Positions 1-13,451 of a stretch of DNA of 64,000 nucleotides are shown here, one piece after another; within the stretch, counting starts at the first letter, position 1, and each line of letters starts with the position of its first letter. Under the pieces are notes generated by a model. The model saw only the letters and a list, made by a program, of their open reading frames with translations. It ran no database searches and was not told the DNA's origin. Source of the stretch: Eledone cirrhosa. Taxonomy: Eukaryota. The position numbers and the translations under genes are program-made. The stretch covers positions 153,884,001-153,948,000 of the forward strand of contig OZ024743.1 in NCBI GenBank assembly GCA_964016885.1, written 5' to 3'.

Positions 1-257
1 GTGCGGTGGATTCCTTCGAGAAGGCTTCACATACTGTCCGATTGCACGTCATGCCTTGCTCAAGCATTGCAGACTTCCATCTGACATAAGTGGTGACATC
101 TGTCCTGCTGACTCATGCCACATTATTAAAGTACACAAGCTCCAAGCCGATTTTCTCCACGTGGAAGGAGAAGCATACCTAATACTAATTACATCGGGGT
201 ATTCGGTTTATTTTCTTTATATATTGTCGAGGCAGGCAGTTTTTCCACGATTAGAGC

Positions 258-442
<185 letters not shown>

Positions 443-707
443 ATGTATGTATACATATTCCCTTTTGAATAGTTGGTATTTTTATTTGAGTTATATCTAT
501 TTTTAATCATCTCTAAATTAGATTCTTAGCAATCTTTTTTGCTGTTTGTATATTGCTGACTGATTTTACATATATATATATTATGTATGTGTGCGTGTAT
601 CGACCTACATCGACCTATCGTAGATTTACCTCCGCCTCGAAAAGTGACTGTTTCTGCACATGTGTATTTGTACAGTTGTTTTTCCTTTTCTGTACAAGCT
701 CATTTAC

Positions 708-750
708 ACCGACATGATGATCCGAACAGGGTGAAACAATTGTTCTCAGT
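708..750 (+). ncRNA. Degenerate minimal type I hammerhead-like motif
   Basis: ACCGAC-aTGATGA-TCC GAACA GGG T-GAAAC AATT GTT-CTCAGT. Core C is mutated, stem I has two mismatches, stem III is palindromic (AACAATTGTT). Confidence 0.45.
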
Positions 751-804
751 AACGGGGAATTAACTGTTGTGGAACTACTTCTCTCTCTCTATATATATAT
801 ATGG

Positions 805-1350
805 GGTAATGGGAGGAAGGTGGTGTATACTAGATTGTTTCTGTTACCTGGGTTACTAAATTAGAAGTGGAGACATGTGTTCTGAAAGTACAGTAGCCAG
901 AGTGAAAACAGGTTAGAGAAAGTTTGGGGAGCTACTGTCACAGCTAACTACAAATAGTATTTCCCTCAAAATGAAAGGCAGACTGTATGATGCCTATATA
1001 TGAACAGCAATGTTGCACAGCAGCGAGACCTGGGCACAGTGTGCAAAGGGCCTGCAAAATTTGAAAAGAAATGAAGCTTCCGTGCTTTGATGTATGTGCA
1101 ATATTAATGCACATGAATGGCAAAGCATAAATGAACTAAGAGAGAAATTAAGCATAAGAAGGATCAGATGCAGTGTATATGGGACAACATTGCGTTGGTA
1201 TGTATATGTGATGTGTATTACAAATGATAGCTGTATAAAAATGCGCAGAGTGCTCAAAGTTGATGTGGGAAGACATAGGAAGACTTGGGATGAGGTGATA
1301 AAAGACCCCTTAAGTCTCTGGGAAAGCTATAAGAAAGCTTTACCAGAGAC
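805..1350 (+). mobile_element. RTE-clade LINE 3' fragment, degraded
   Basis: Homologous to 10430-10860 (FCYLG, AMLHSSETW, INELREKL, LRWY, KTWDEVIK). Confidence 0.85.
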
Positions 1351-3924
1351 TTAAGGCGTCTGAAATATTGCACCTATTGAACATTACAGCAAACAGCTGT
1401 CGAAGATTTTTAGGCATTTGTGTGGCAGCTGCCTCTTCTAATGTCTTTTCCAATATTACCCATCTTCAAGAAGGCCAAGTAATTTACATGCTTCTTCATA
1501 CGTTGCACAGGAAGTTCCATGTACAATTTTGATGTTTTCAAATGATGTTGGCCCTCTAACAGTGTGAAGGGGTAACCACAAATGGAAGCATTCCCTATGT
1601 CTAGGATGAATGCGTAAACTCTTTCTATTGTACCACTTGCTTTGCTGTCTTGATAGCCATCCACGTGGTTGCCTATCTTTCGTCTGCCCAATTTCTTTTT
1701 ATTTCGTATGTAGAATGTGGGAACCTCATGATAGAGCAAGGTTTTAGGAAAGGCATCTTCTCTGCAAAACTTAAAAAAAAGCAGTGAGCTTTGTGTATGG
1801 AGGAGACGCAGCAATCAATTGTGGATTTTCGTCAGTGTAATATACCCTCTGACCATTTTCCAAATGGTCTGCAAGGTTCATTACCGCGGGGTGTCTATCG
1901 TGTATGTCAAAACCAAAGATTCTCCATATGGCTTCATTATAGAAATATATCTCCCTGTTAGGTATGTTTTAAATTCATTCAATTGGTTATGCCACCAACA
2001 GTAAAAGTTGCCATATCACTACCTTTGTTGACATATTTACAAATATACTTAATTGATTTTCCTGATACGCTGCACTCACTATTGATGTGAGCGTCAAGGA
2101 TTTTGCAGAGGAGAGGATTGTAGGGAACGACTCAATTGTTACCAACCTGAACATTTTGACCTCATATCTTGATAATCAAAGATTTTCCACCACAGCGAGG
2201 GCTTCTCTGTCTGTATTGAGGATATCCGTCATCACCAGTTAAGGTTTCTTGTTGAAAAGGCCTTGGATATCTTTTTTCATATTTGTTACTTTCCATGCAT
2301 ACTGCCACATGGACCATGTATCATTTGTTTTGAGATAATGGCAAATAGTTCTGCTTCTTCATCAGGATCGGGCAATTTGGGGCTTATAAGTTTATCAATT
2401 TGATCTGAGTGAATGTGGTCTGAACATCAAATTAGCATATGGGAATGAGGAAGAGCTCTTTTCGGCCATTCAATTCCAACATCTTAGTTCTCCAAAGATT
2501 TGTCCATCTTGTAGCAGCCACATCAAGATCTTTTTCACATTAAAAACTATGGCAATGATGTCATGTATATCTTTTGCATATCGGTGTTCAAACAGTTCAT
2601 TTTGAATTTCTGGCCCCGTTGGATTGCATATAAATGTAATGAAAAGATCTGGACAACCAAACTCTCTTACATATGCCAGAGTATCTTGTGTGTGCTTAGC
2701 CATATAGTGTGGACTGCCTGTGAAGCTAAGATGGCAGAATAACTGGCTGACCAACACTGGAAGGATTCATTCCATCAGTTATATTGGTGTCTCCCAAATG
2801 GATGTATTGCTCAGCTCAAAGTTTAGCTTGGTTGTTTTAAATCAATGCCAACCCTTCAGCTTTAATCTTGGCATACACATCAACCATTAATTGCCTTATA
2901 TGTCTTCCCATTCTTAGGATATGGTTAACGCAATCTCTTACCATGAAGTGAAATGAATAAACAATTTTTCAACTGACCGATTTATTAGTTTCCTTCCCTT
3001 TACTAGGGTTTACTTGTCTTAAGGCGAAATTGTATCCATCCTGACCTCTCCAAATATATCAAAGGATACTGAAGGACACTATGTGTTCTGTGAGTCTCTG
3101 CAATTCTTCCTAATTGGCAAGATGTCTCCTGTACAATGATGTCCCTAGATTTATGTTGTTCATTGACCATTAATACAGCCACTTCGTCTTCCAATGGTTT
3201 GTTGTAATGTCTTTCGTGTTCTTTTGCTGGATTTTTTATCAAGTGAAATAGTAATTTTATACATGGGGTTTGTCTTTTTTTTTTCTCTAAGGCAAATTTG
3301 AATACTATTATGTAAGGATGATTTTCATGAAGTATATTTGGCACACTGCTAATAACTTGTAGCTGAAGACCACCAGAATATTTCTACATTGTTAAGTACC
3401 TTCTTCTTCGTTGTTGCCCAAAAAGTTAACTTGAATAAATTTTGGTTCCTCATTAGGCTGTGGGAGGAAACTGTCAATTAAATGGTAACATTTTTCTTCG
3501 ATTTTAAATGTGAAATAACCATAGTCAGTATGATCTTTTTCAGCTCCAAAGGACGTAACCTGAAATGTAGTATTATACGGCATAATGTTGCTCCTGAAGT
3601 GTTTAGCTTTGTTAGTATGGTCTGTAAGCAGTATATGAATAGCAGGTGGCAGGTCCTCTATCAGTGGAAATCTGATCTTTCTTCCTAAGCAACACATGCC
3701 AAGCATTTCTCCTTTCCATATTCTCACTCTACAACTACTGCATATAATATCCATGCAACCAATCGCGACTTTAGGATCATTTCTATAATTTGTCGATGGA
3801 TCATATGAAAATTCAACTCTTAGCCAGTTTATTTTGCCTTGAAGAGTCCTTTGTGCCCGCCGTGTTTGCATCGCAATTCTCATTGCCTCTCCGTGATGTT
3901 CATATTAAATCTCTGTTTCTTGCC

Positions 3925-4090
3925 ATCATCTTTCTTCTTGCCTTAATCTTTCTGTTTCCCGTCTCAAGTTCTGTTCACTTTCAGAAAGTTGTGATCATCT
4001 TTCTTCTAGCCTTAATCTTTCTGTTTCCTGTCACAGATTCTGTTCACTTTCAGAAAGTTGTGATCATCTTTTTTGTTGTCTTAATCTTTC
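3925..4090. repeat. 69-bp tandem repeat (~2.4 copies) in the Helitron N-terminal coding region
   Basis: ATCATCTTT..CTTAATCTTTCT recurs at ~3925, 3994 and 4063. Confidence 0.9.
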
Positions 4091-4289
4091 TATCGCCCAT
4101 CTCTGAGTTTCTCTTTCGTGGTTTTGTGACATGATGAAATTAATTTTCTTGGAAAATATTGTGAAAAAACAAACAGTACAAAGCAATATAAAAAAATAGA
4201 AATAAATGCAAATCGCAGCCTAAGAGAATAGGTTGACACTGCCATCAGAATTAGGTCAATGATAATATGATAATATCTTCAAACAATCT

Positions 4290-4460
4290 TTTCCAGCTTG
4301 CGGCGTTCGAGACGTTTGGTGGAGTTGAGTCGCAGACAGCAAAGTTCTTGTCTTCACCGGCAGCTCACCTTACTGAGGTGTCAGCTGATGCCCGTGATGG
4401 TGCTTGGTTATTTCAGCACCTTAGCCGCGCCATCACCAGTTGTGAGCGCATTGGCTTGCC
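4290..4460 (+). mobile_element. CRE-like non-LTR retrotransposon C-terminal fragment inside the Helitron
   Basis: AFETFGG...AKFL..AHLTEVSADARDGAWLFQHLSRAI resembles the C-terminus at 11853-12257 (TSGVL..ATSLL..EWLFQRVSLVLLRGNA). Confidence 0.6.
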
Positions 4461-4937
4461 TGAAAGTGTACAATTAACCCCCAAGGCGTGAGGTGTTGTC
4501 AATTGTCTTTCTTTCCTTTATCATTTTTGTTCATGATTTCATATTTGTCATGATTTTATATTTGTTATGTTTTTCAGGTGTATATTTAAAACATATTTCA
4601 CATGCTTAAAAAAAATCCTCGGAAAGGTGAATTAATATACTCCATAAATTAATTTCAACTAGTATCAATTTTTTTCTGTGTTCTGAAAAATAGGTTTGTG
4701 CTGTAATTAGTATCACCCAACATTCAATGACTGGTGTAAACGACACACTTACTGATACTTTGATCTATTGTGGGATGCCACACACACATACACAAATCTT
4801 CAGTAATGCAGTTAGAGACACTGGCTGCAAAACAATCAAGAACGCACAGAGCTCCCTCTCTGTCCCCCTGTCTCTGTTTTTATATATATATGTATATATA
4901 TATGTGTGTGTGTGTAAACCAGTGTTCATTGCCATTC

Positions 4938-4941
<4 letters not shown>

Positions 4942-5020
<79 letters not shown>
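4942..5020. repeat. (TC)n microsatellite
   Basis: Direct reading. Confidence 0.97.
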
Positions 5021-7689
5021 ATCTATCTATCCATCTGAATATCCAACACTTTAATTGTACCCCTCACTGTATAACGGCCTATCTCACTCTCTCTCTCTCT
5101 GCCTCTCCCTCTGTATTTCTCCCTATTTAGATGTGTTGTGTGCGTAATTTTCATGTGATTACACCAACCAGCCAACCAACCAACCAAGAAACATCTTTCT
5201 TTTTATATTATATATAGATGTATGTATATGTAAATAGAGATAGAGAGGCAATTGAAAAATATTCATCTGAAATAGTAGGCTTCATTTTTAGATCTAGAAA
5301 TCTTTTAGATCTAGCATCATGCTGAACCTCGACAAATTTCATATTAATGTTTGGTTCAAATATCTTGGTTAGTATTGCTACTATTTACACAAACATCAAA
5401 CATCCTAGATGGTGCCCTTCTATTCATCCAATAGCCATTTAGTTGGTTGAATATGTAAGTTAGACTAAATATCAAAATGCAAATATTTAACTATTAAAAC
5501 ACAAATATATATGCAAACATATGTCTCAATATTGACTGATTTCTTTTGATATACAGACACCGAAATCATTACATTTGCATTCACAAATGGAAAAACAAAC
5601 TACACAATGAACTGTCCATTATAGGCCAGACAGATATACTTGACCAAGTTTTAGTCACGTACTTCCATATTACAATTCTATTTCAGTAGATGTGACTTGA
5701 GGCTACTTAACAACAGCAACCACAGTCAGTTTCTCTTTAAAGTTTAATGTATGAATGATTAAAATCAGACAGAGGAAATACAAGAAAATTTTGAATGTCT
5801 AAATAAATAGAATGCATTTTTCTAGATTTTATTATGATCTTTTGTGACTTTCCACAGTTTGTCTACTCATATTCAAGATGAACAACATAAATTAAAACAT
5901 TTTTGGTGAAGAGAGAAGTCTGAGTAGAGTAACTAATAGTTTTTAGTCTCTTTCATAACATTTCAAGACTTTACAGCAGATTCTAAGTATTTTAGTGATA
6001 TTGATTCTTTGAAAATAGAAGCCAAAATTATTTAAATGGTTGGAAATAAAATTGTACAAAGATGCTATAGCTTTATTCTGAAACTTTATTGCCAAGTTTG
6101 ACATTTGACTTAGTTGAAAACTAGAAGATGAACAAGAAATAGCTGAAGAAAATGAGCTTTGGTAAACAAAAAGAAGAAACAATAATGCTCACAGTAAAGA
6201 TGTATTGCAACTGAAACTCAGGTTTTATTTTGAAATACCAGAGCTGTAAAAATAGAGTACAACTATTTCAAGAGTAATAGTGTGAACACGAAATAATATA
6301 GCATTTGGCCTCTAAGTAAGACCCTTTTCAAAGTTTCTCTTTCATTTACTATACATTTGAATAGCTGCAAAACATAGCAATTTAAACTATGATTCATTAT
6401 AGTGAATCTTATTGAAAATTATAAGAGAGGTTCCATTCCTCTCAGATCAAGATACGTGTTAGTATTGCTTTGCTATGGTTCTAAATTCAACTAAATCACT
6501 TCTAAAATTTACTTGTTTCAGCAATAAAGGTATAACATAAAAATACAAATAAAAACATGAAAACTATCATGGGAAATTTATTAGGTTCTCAAAATAAGTA
6601 CATAATTCAGTTGTATAGATTAAACAAGCAAATATATAGCCCACATTCAGTACTGACTCTATGGTATGAGTTAATAGTGGAGCCTACACCATTTCTTGAA
6701 ATCTATTGCAGATCATACCTTACTATTGTAAGTAAATATGAATCAATAGGACATATAGTTCCCAATATATGAAAAAATAAGGCTGGAACATTTTTAGTTA
6801 TATATCTGTTGGATGAGAGCTGGTGTTATCCTAGACAACAACAACCAACAATTTTGCAAAACAGTAGGATATAAGTTTGATTGTAATTTAATTGCAAATC
6901 TATTCCAGCTTACATGTAATTTTCATTTGATTTCTAAACACTATCTAAAAGAAAATACCCCATGAACATTTAGAGGAATTTGCTAGCAAGGAAGTGTCTA
7001 GATAGTACTTCTTGCTTCATATAGCAGTTAAATGATCTAATAATACCTTTATCATTTTCAAATTAGACACCTTTTAGAATTGAACCTAAAATATACCAAA
7101 TATGTTATAAAGTCCCAAATCCAATGGTGTTCCAGCAGATTCATAATCAAAGATATTCCAGCCATGATTATCCCATCCATTTTCGGGCATATCCTATATG
7201 GGACTATACTATCAAATAAGTGCATCTTTTGCAAAGTGAGTAATGTAAGGTTTGATTTGAGTGAATTTTCGTTATTATTGTTGGGTAACCACAGTTCTAC
7301 TCTAATTTAGTAAATCTCTAATCAGATATTGTAATTAACACTTATTCAACTGTGTATCCAAATAAACATTATCTAATGCATCTTTTCATTTTGAGATTTG
7401 AAAGAAATTGGTTCCTATTCGTAACAAACTGAAAGACGATGTAAAAGCCTGGCTCATTTTCTTGTAAAATTCGGTTGTTTTTCTAGTAGGTCAAATAACT
7501 GCCAGAAGCATCTTGTTGGCATGACAGCAAAGATGTAATGAACTCAACTAAACATCTAATTGGTATGTAAACTATGCTTTCATCATACTCCAAATGTATG
7601 ATTTATTTCTACATCTGAAACATTAAATTAAATCTTGTATATAATTTGAAATTTGTATGTCCAATATTTCTTTTTCACTGTTAATTGCA

Positions 7690-7709
7690 TACATACATAC
7701 ATACATACA

Positions 7710-7740
<31 letters not shown>
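7690..7740. repeat. (CATA)n microsatellite
   Basis: Direct reading. Confidence 0.95.
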
Positions 7741-7741
<1 letters not shown>

Positions 7742-7969
7742 AATATGCACTCAGTGATATATACATATTCATATATAACTTAAAATGTAATGAAAGGATG
7801 TATCATGTTAAACTAATAGGTAGAGAGGATTTCATAAACCATGTGAGCAATATAAACTAAGTTGAAAGTAAAATAATTGCAATGTTGAGAGAAATACGTC
7901 TGTTCGAGGGATCAATCTGGGAGTGAAAATGAATTTTAATTAGTTTAGAAAATGTCTATGAATTAATCA

Positions 7970-10900
7970 ACAATATGAAAGAAAGAGCAGGAGAAATCAT
8001 AGAGATGTTAGAGCAAAGGGAAATTGATGTATGCTGTGTGCAAAAGACTAGATGGAGAGGAAAGTCTGCTAGAGTCCTTGTAGGCAAAAATAAGTGCTAC
8101 ACATTTTTCTGGGTGGGAAATGACAATGGTTTGGGTGGTGTAGGTATACTATTAGCTGACAAATGGGTAGATAAGGTAATTTCAGTAAACATGGTGAATG
8201 TGAGAATCATTAAACTGAGACAAGTCCTGAGTAAAACAATTGCTACAATTATATCAGCTTACGCACCCCGATCTGGGTTGCCAGATGAACTAAAGAATAG
8301 GTTTTACGAGTCTTTAATGCACACTACTACCCTAACAAACGATAATGACTTTCTAATTTCAGGAGACTTTAACAGACACATTGGGAAACACCGTGATGGC
8401 TTCTACAGAGTCCATGGAGGCTATGGGTTTGGCACAAGAAATGAAGAAGGCTTCAGGTTTCTAGAATTCTGATCACCTATATATCAGGGGAGCATTCTAG
8501 TCAGATAGATTTTATCCTCATCAGAGGATAACAGATGGACGGTCGTAAACACAAAAGCCTTCCCTGGTGAAGAATGTACCTCCCAACACAACTGAGTTGT
8601 CAGCAACCTCATTGTGAGAATGAGAGGAACTTGGAAACAGAAGGCAACTTGGAGAAGAAAGATCTGGAAGCTGAAAGACCCGGTAACAGATTTAAAGATA
8701 TCTTACTTGACGCCTATGACAATAAGGAAGAACAGATACAAACATTCAATGTAGCAGAGCAGTGGGAATTCCTAAAAAATAACTTACTAAAAGCGACCCA
8801 AGAGATTTGTGGTTGGAGCAAGAACACAGGGACAAAGAGAGTGACTTGGTGGTGGAAGAATAAGGTAGATAAGGCAATTAAGGCTAAGATACAGGCATGG
8901 AAACAATGGAAGTAAGGGGGAAGCAGAGTACATTACATAGAGACCAGGAGGGAAGCTAGGCAACAAGTATACTTAGCTAGAAGAGAAGCGGAGGATAGAA
9001 AATTCAAGCATGTCTTTTAGCGTGAGGACCAGAAACAGAAGGTGTTCAGCATCGTGAGGCAGTATGTTAGAGAAAATTGTGATATCATTGGAGAGAAGTG
9101 TGACGGGAATGATAAAGGTGTGCTTGCCCTCACAAGTGCTGAGAAGAAAGATGCGTGGAAGAGCCACTATGAAAGATTACTGAATGAGGAGAATGGATGG
9201 GAGAAAGAAACCCTACCCCAATTGGATCCTATAGAGGGCCCAGCAATACAAGTCACCAGTAGTGTAGTAAGTATGGCAATTAAAGATATGAAACCAGGGA
9301 AGGCAACTGGTCCATCGAGTATAGCTGCTGAGATGCTGAAAGAATCTGGGTTGGTAGGTGACACCATAACCTCACGTTAACCAAGTAATACTAGAGGGTG
9401 TCATACCAAAGGATTGGTGCAGCAGCATCATTGTCAACTGCTACAAGGGTAAAGGAAATGCACTAGATAGAGGAAACTATAGATTTATAAAGCTGATTGA
9501 CCAGGTCATGAAAGTAACAGAAAGAGTTATAGTACAGGTGGTTTGCGACCAGGTAAACTAGATAAGATGCAGTTCAGGTTTGTGCCAGGCATACGGACCA
9601 CTTATGCTCTCTTCCTTTTGAGGCAGTTACAGGAGAAGTACCTAATTAAAAGTACGCTGCTCTACTTGGCATTTGTTGATCTAGAAAAGCCTTTGTCAGT
9701 GTAAATATATTCTACATGCCCCCCCCCCCACACAATAGATGAAATTTAAGGGTTAGTCTGTCTTGTCGTTCTAGAGCTAGGGAGGATGGCAAGGTTGACA
9801 CACTGAAACAGCCACTGTACCTCACGGGGCTCCATGCTATATTCTGGTGGGCCCTTAGAAAACTAGGAGTAGATGAATGGCTTGTAAAGACTGTACAATC
9901 TATTTATAGGGGAGCAGTCAGCAAAGTTAGGGTTAACAATGACTATAGCGAGGAATTCAGGTTGGTGTCCACCAGGGCTCTGTCCTTCGAACTCTACTGT
10001 TTATTATAGTACTGCAGGCTATAATAGGGAGGTTTCAGACTGGATGCCCATGAAAACTTCTGTATACAGATGATCTTACACTTATAGCTGAATCGATGGT
10101 GGAACTAGAGAAGAAATTCCAAACACGGAAGCAGAGACTAGAAAGAAGGTGTCTCAGTGTCAACAAGACAAAGACTAAGGTCCTTGTAAGTAGACGAGAA
10201 AAGAGAACACAGACCCCCCCCCCCGGAAAATGGTCGGTATGCAGTAATGGTGTATGTAGAAATTCCATACTCTGCCCTAAATGCAAACTATAGGTGAACA
10301 AGTGGTAGAGTGGGATCTCAGGAAGCTTAGCTAAGAATATAGGCTTTACATATTGCAGCTGCACCAGGACAGTAATCAGCAAACAGCCACATCAAAGAAA
10401 ACCTACCAAATTGTGTGAGGGCTCTGTAGATAAAGTAGACAGCTTCTGCTATCTAGGAGACCAAATTAGCAGCGGAGGTGGGTGTTCTGAGAGTACAGTA
10501 ACCAGGGTCAGAACGGGATGGAAGAAGTTCAAGGAGCTACTATCACTGCTATCTGCAAAAGGTTTATCCCTCAAAATGAAAGAGAGACTGTATGATGTGT
10601 GCATACGAACAGCAATGTTACATGGTAGTGAGACCTGGACGTTGTGTGCAGAAAACTTGCATAGATTAGAAAGAGACGAAGATTGCATGTTCCGATGGAT
10701 GTGTAATAGTAATATACGTGAACGGCAAAGCATAAACGAATTGAGAGAGACTAAGCAAAAGAGGAATCAAATGTTGTGTGCAGGATAGGAGGTTGCATTG
10801 GTATGGACATTTGATGCAGATGAAGGAGACCCAAGAAGACCTGGGATGAGGTGATAAAAGCTGACCATGCCCAATTGCACCTCTCAAAGTGATGACACAG

Positions 10901-11270
10901 GACCATGACCTCTGGCGTTACACAGTAATAGAGAAGACCCAAGTTCCCACGGGGATAAGCCAAAGCTGAAGCATGTAGACAATATGCCACCACACTCCTC
11001 CCACTGTAATGTGGTCGTATAAATTTCACGACAAACAGCACCCAGTCCACACTGTAAAGTGGACGTGTAGGCGCCATGGTAAAAAAGCACACAGTACTCA
11101 CTGTAATTGAGGTTGGTCTTAGGATGGGCATCCAGCTGTAGTAACCGAGCCAAAGTCAGTCCTGTATGAACAAGAAATGGTCACCCGACCTGGTATTGCC
11201 CACAACAGGACAACCTGTCTAACCGATGCTAGCGTTGAAACATTGATGTAAAACGGTGATGATGATGATG
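7970..11270 (+). mobile_element. Near full-length RTE-clade LINE, pseudogenised (APE endonuclease + RT)
   Basis: EN motifs IDVCCVQKTRW, ISAYAP, GDFN; RT motifs KPGKATGP, AFVDLEK, VHQGS, LYTDDL, FCYLG, MLHGSETW. Many stops and frameshifts; ends in (TGA)n. Confidence 0.93.
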
Positions 11271-11439
11271 ACTACATTTGTGAAGAATAGTGAAATAAAT
11301 GAAGATAGTTACAAGGTGTGAGCACTGAGAAAGTAATGAAAATATATAGATATATATGCTGTGGAGATATTTGCATATGAGGAAATATACATTGAAAATA
11401 GAAAGAACGCTTGACTTTGGAGTACATAGATAAAGGTGA

Positions 11440-11860
11440 TAAATTCTGACGATAAAAACATAATGGTTATAAGTGCTAAACACAGGGATGTTGTGGTACT
11501 CTCCTCCTGTTAACAAGAACTTAGCCACCAACATACCTAGAGTATTTTGTAATATCTTAGAGAAGCAGTTCCCTCTAACGCACCACTATCACTCAATTTT
11601 TAATATAAAATACTATAAAATATCATACGCTACTACCCCTAATATGGCAAACTGCATAATCTCCAGTAATAATAAGAAATTAGAAAAATATAATTATTCC
11701 AAAACTAATACTGATAATACTATAGAAATAGGGGATAATAAAGTAAGTAACTTCGAAAACGCCCTAACTCAAATTAATGTATAAAAATAAAACCCAAGTA
11801 GTAACATAATGTCTAACAAAAGACGTGCCTCTACATGTAAGAACACGGATACCTAAATAT
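11440..11860 (+). mobile_element. Penelope-like element fragment (RT/endonuclease linker)
   Basis: MLWYSPPVNKNLATNIPRVFCNILEKQFPLTHHYHSIFN..KISYATTPNMA matches the IIWFNPP..TNIG..F...FP..H..HKIFN..K.SYS..N linker of a Penelope-like group. Confidence 0.75.
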
Positions 11861-11879
11861 GGAATGTTACGCGATGCCT

Positions 11880-12830
11880 CCCCCCACCCCCACCCCCACA
11901 CACAGCCCCGGCGGACAGGATGCTAAAGGCGTTCCCCCGGAGGAGGACAAGGGAGACGCGCTGGAAAAGCCACTCCAACTCGTGGGGTTCACACCTGCGG
12001 CTGGGCAGCTCAGCGCCTATGGTGGTGAGTAGGGAGGTAGCCCTAGAGCTGAGGACACCAGAAGTCACAACTACCAGGGTTACAACCGCAAACCGGTCGG
12101 ACAGCGACCGGTATTTGAGGAGCTTGGCCTCCTCAGCCCGACTTGAAGCAGAACCTGGGTTAATCGTAGACTGTACCAGGTTGCGGCTGCAGAAAGTGTT
12201 GATGCAAGTACCATCCCAGACGAGGGGCTTTCCACTGAGGAACGGGACGATGGCCATGCCATCTGGCCTTTTGCCGTCCCCTCAGTCCATCTCCACCGGC
12301 TTGAGCTGGGAAGGGAAGCCCACAGCGTTCAAGCCATGCTTTATGACCTCATTCATGGCAGCATTGCATGGAAGGCGATCGGCAATGTGGTGACAGGAAA
12401 GCGAGTGGAGGCCGAAAGAGTCCACGGTGGATCCGCAGCGACATTGGTGTGGCTCACAGATCCGGAGGCCGAGCCTCAAGGAAACGCCGATGCGTAGGCT
12501 ATTGTTGCCTAGCTGCGTGCCAGTGGAGAAGGAGGGCAGGGTATGGAGCCAGTCACCACTGTGGGGTTTGGAGGCTGCATGAAAGCAGACAAGGCGGTGT
12601 TGGTCGAGCTGGCGCATGAGCCTGTCTCAGGCCAGGCTGCACTGGATGGTATCCCGAGTGCTTTGAGGGACTTGATATCAACAGGGGAGAAGGAGGAGGG
12701 ACGTCTACTGGGCTAAGTCCCAGCTAGTCCCATGTCTCACAGGCGGCCTCACGTTCTCTGAACACAGAGGGTTTTATTGTGTTTTGACGAGGATGCGGCA
12801 CGAAGTTAACGTGAAAGATACACCGGCAAA
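11880..12830 (-). mobile_element. CRE-like non-LTR retrotransposon, 5'-truncated (zinc finger + restriction-like endonuclease)
   Basis: HSGDWLHTLPS..LRLGL..CRCG..D.FGLHSLSC, then RPDG..VPF..GKPLVWDGTC, KLLKY, WLFQRVSLVLLRGNA. GC-rich. Confidence 0.8.
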
Positions 12831-12869
12831 GCCAGCGAGATCGGGTACCGGAGGCCAAAGAGGCTAAAG

Positions 12870-13450
12870 AGACGTAACTATACTGGAAAGCATGGTGTCT
12901 GACCCTCTACCGATACTGCCAATCAACCGCCCATAGTCAATCCACCAACTAATAATTGTTTCTACTTTTGGCACAAGGCCAAGAATTACTTAGTGTATTG
13001 CTGGTACTTTATTTTATCGACCAACTCGCTACCGATACTGCCAAACCACCTAATAATTGTTTCTACTTTAGGCACAAGGCCACCAATTACTCAGTACATT
13101 ACTGGTACTTTATTTTATCGACCCCTTAAGGAGGAAAGGCAAAGTTAACCTGGGCGGGATTTGAACTCAGACTGTAAAGGGACGTAACTATGCTAGAAAT
13201 ATTACTGGTACTTTATTTTATCGACCAACTCGCTACCGATACTGCCAATCCACCTAATAATTGTTTCTACTTTAGGCACAAGGCCAGCAAGTACCCAGGG
13301 TATTACTGTTACTTTATTTTATCGACCCCGTAAGGATGAAAGGCAAAGTTAACCTCGGCGGGATTTGAACTCAGAATTGAAAGGGCTGTAACTCTTTGCG
13401 TCAAAGCATGACGTCCGACCCTCTACTGATACTGCCAATCCACCTAATAA
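12870..13450 (-). mobile_element. Tandem cluster of tRNA-derived SINEs (family A, Nin/Deu-like domain): full, truncated and internally deleted copies
   Basis: Reverse complement gives GGTGGATTGGCAGTATC..GAGTTCAAATCCC (box A/B), CTTTCATCC..GGGGTCGATAAAATAAAGTACCAG and tail CCTTGTGCC..AGAAACAATTATTA. Confidence 0.88.
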
Positions 13451-13451
13451 T

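Larger units (their letters stand above)
1400..5218 (-). mobile_element. Helitron relic with RepHel pseudogene (~1410-4140)
   Basis: Minus-strand ORFs carry Helitron Rep motifs: CSSC..WKGE..GMCC, YNTTFQVTSFGA, YNKPLEDEVAVL, LQYPL, SFTGSPHYM..DTLAYVREFGCPDLFITF.CNP, FPKTLLYHEVP. The 5' end reads A|TCTATATATAATATAAAAAG from 5218. The 3' end was not found. Confidence 0.88.

Noticed and set aside
5850-6330. Exon-like or hAT-transposase-like fragments (LSTHIQDEQHKLKHF; DIDSLKIEA; LEDEQEIAEENELW)
   Set aside because: Short, stop-ridden, no diagnostic motif, weak splice donors.
7580-7625. Minus-strand acceptor TTTCAG followed by a short frame (VEINHTFGV*)
   Set aside because: Too short to distinguish from chance.
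12870-13450. Repeat-spacer-like pattern resembling a CRISPR array or tRNA genes
   Set aside because: Units are SINE fragments of unequal length, with no unique spacers, no cas genes and no complete cloverleaf.
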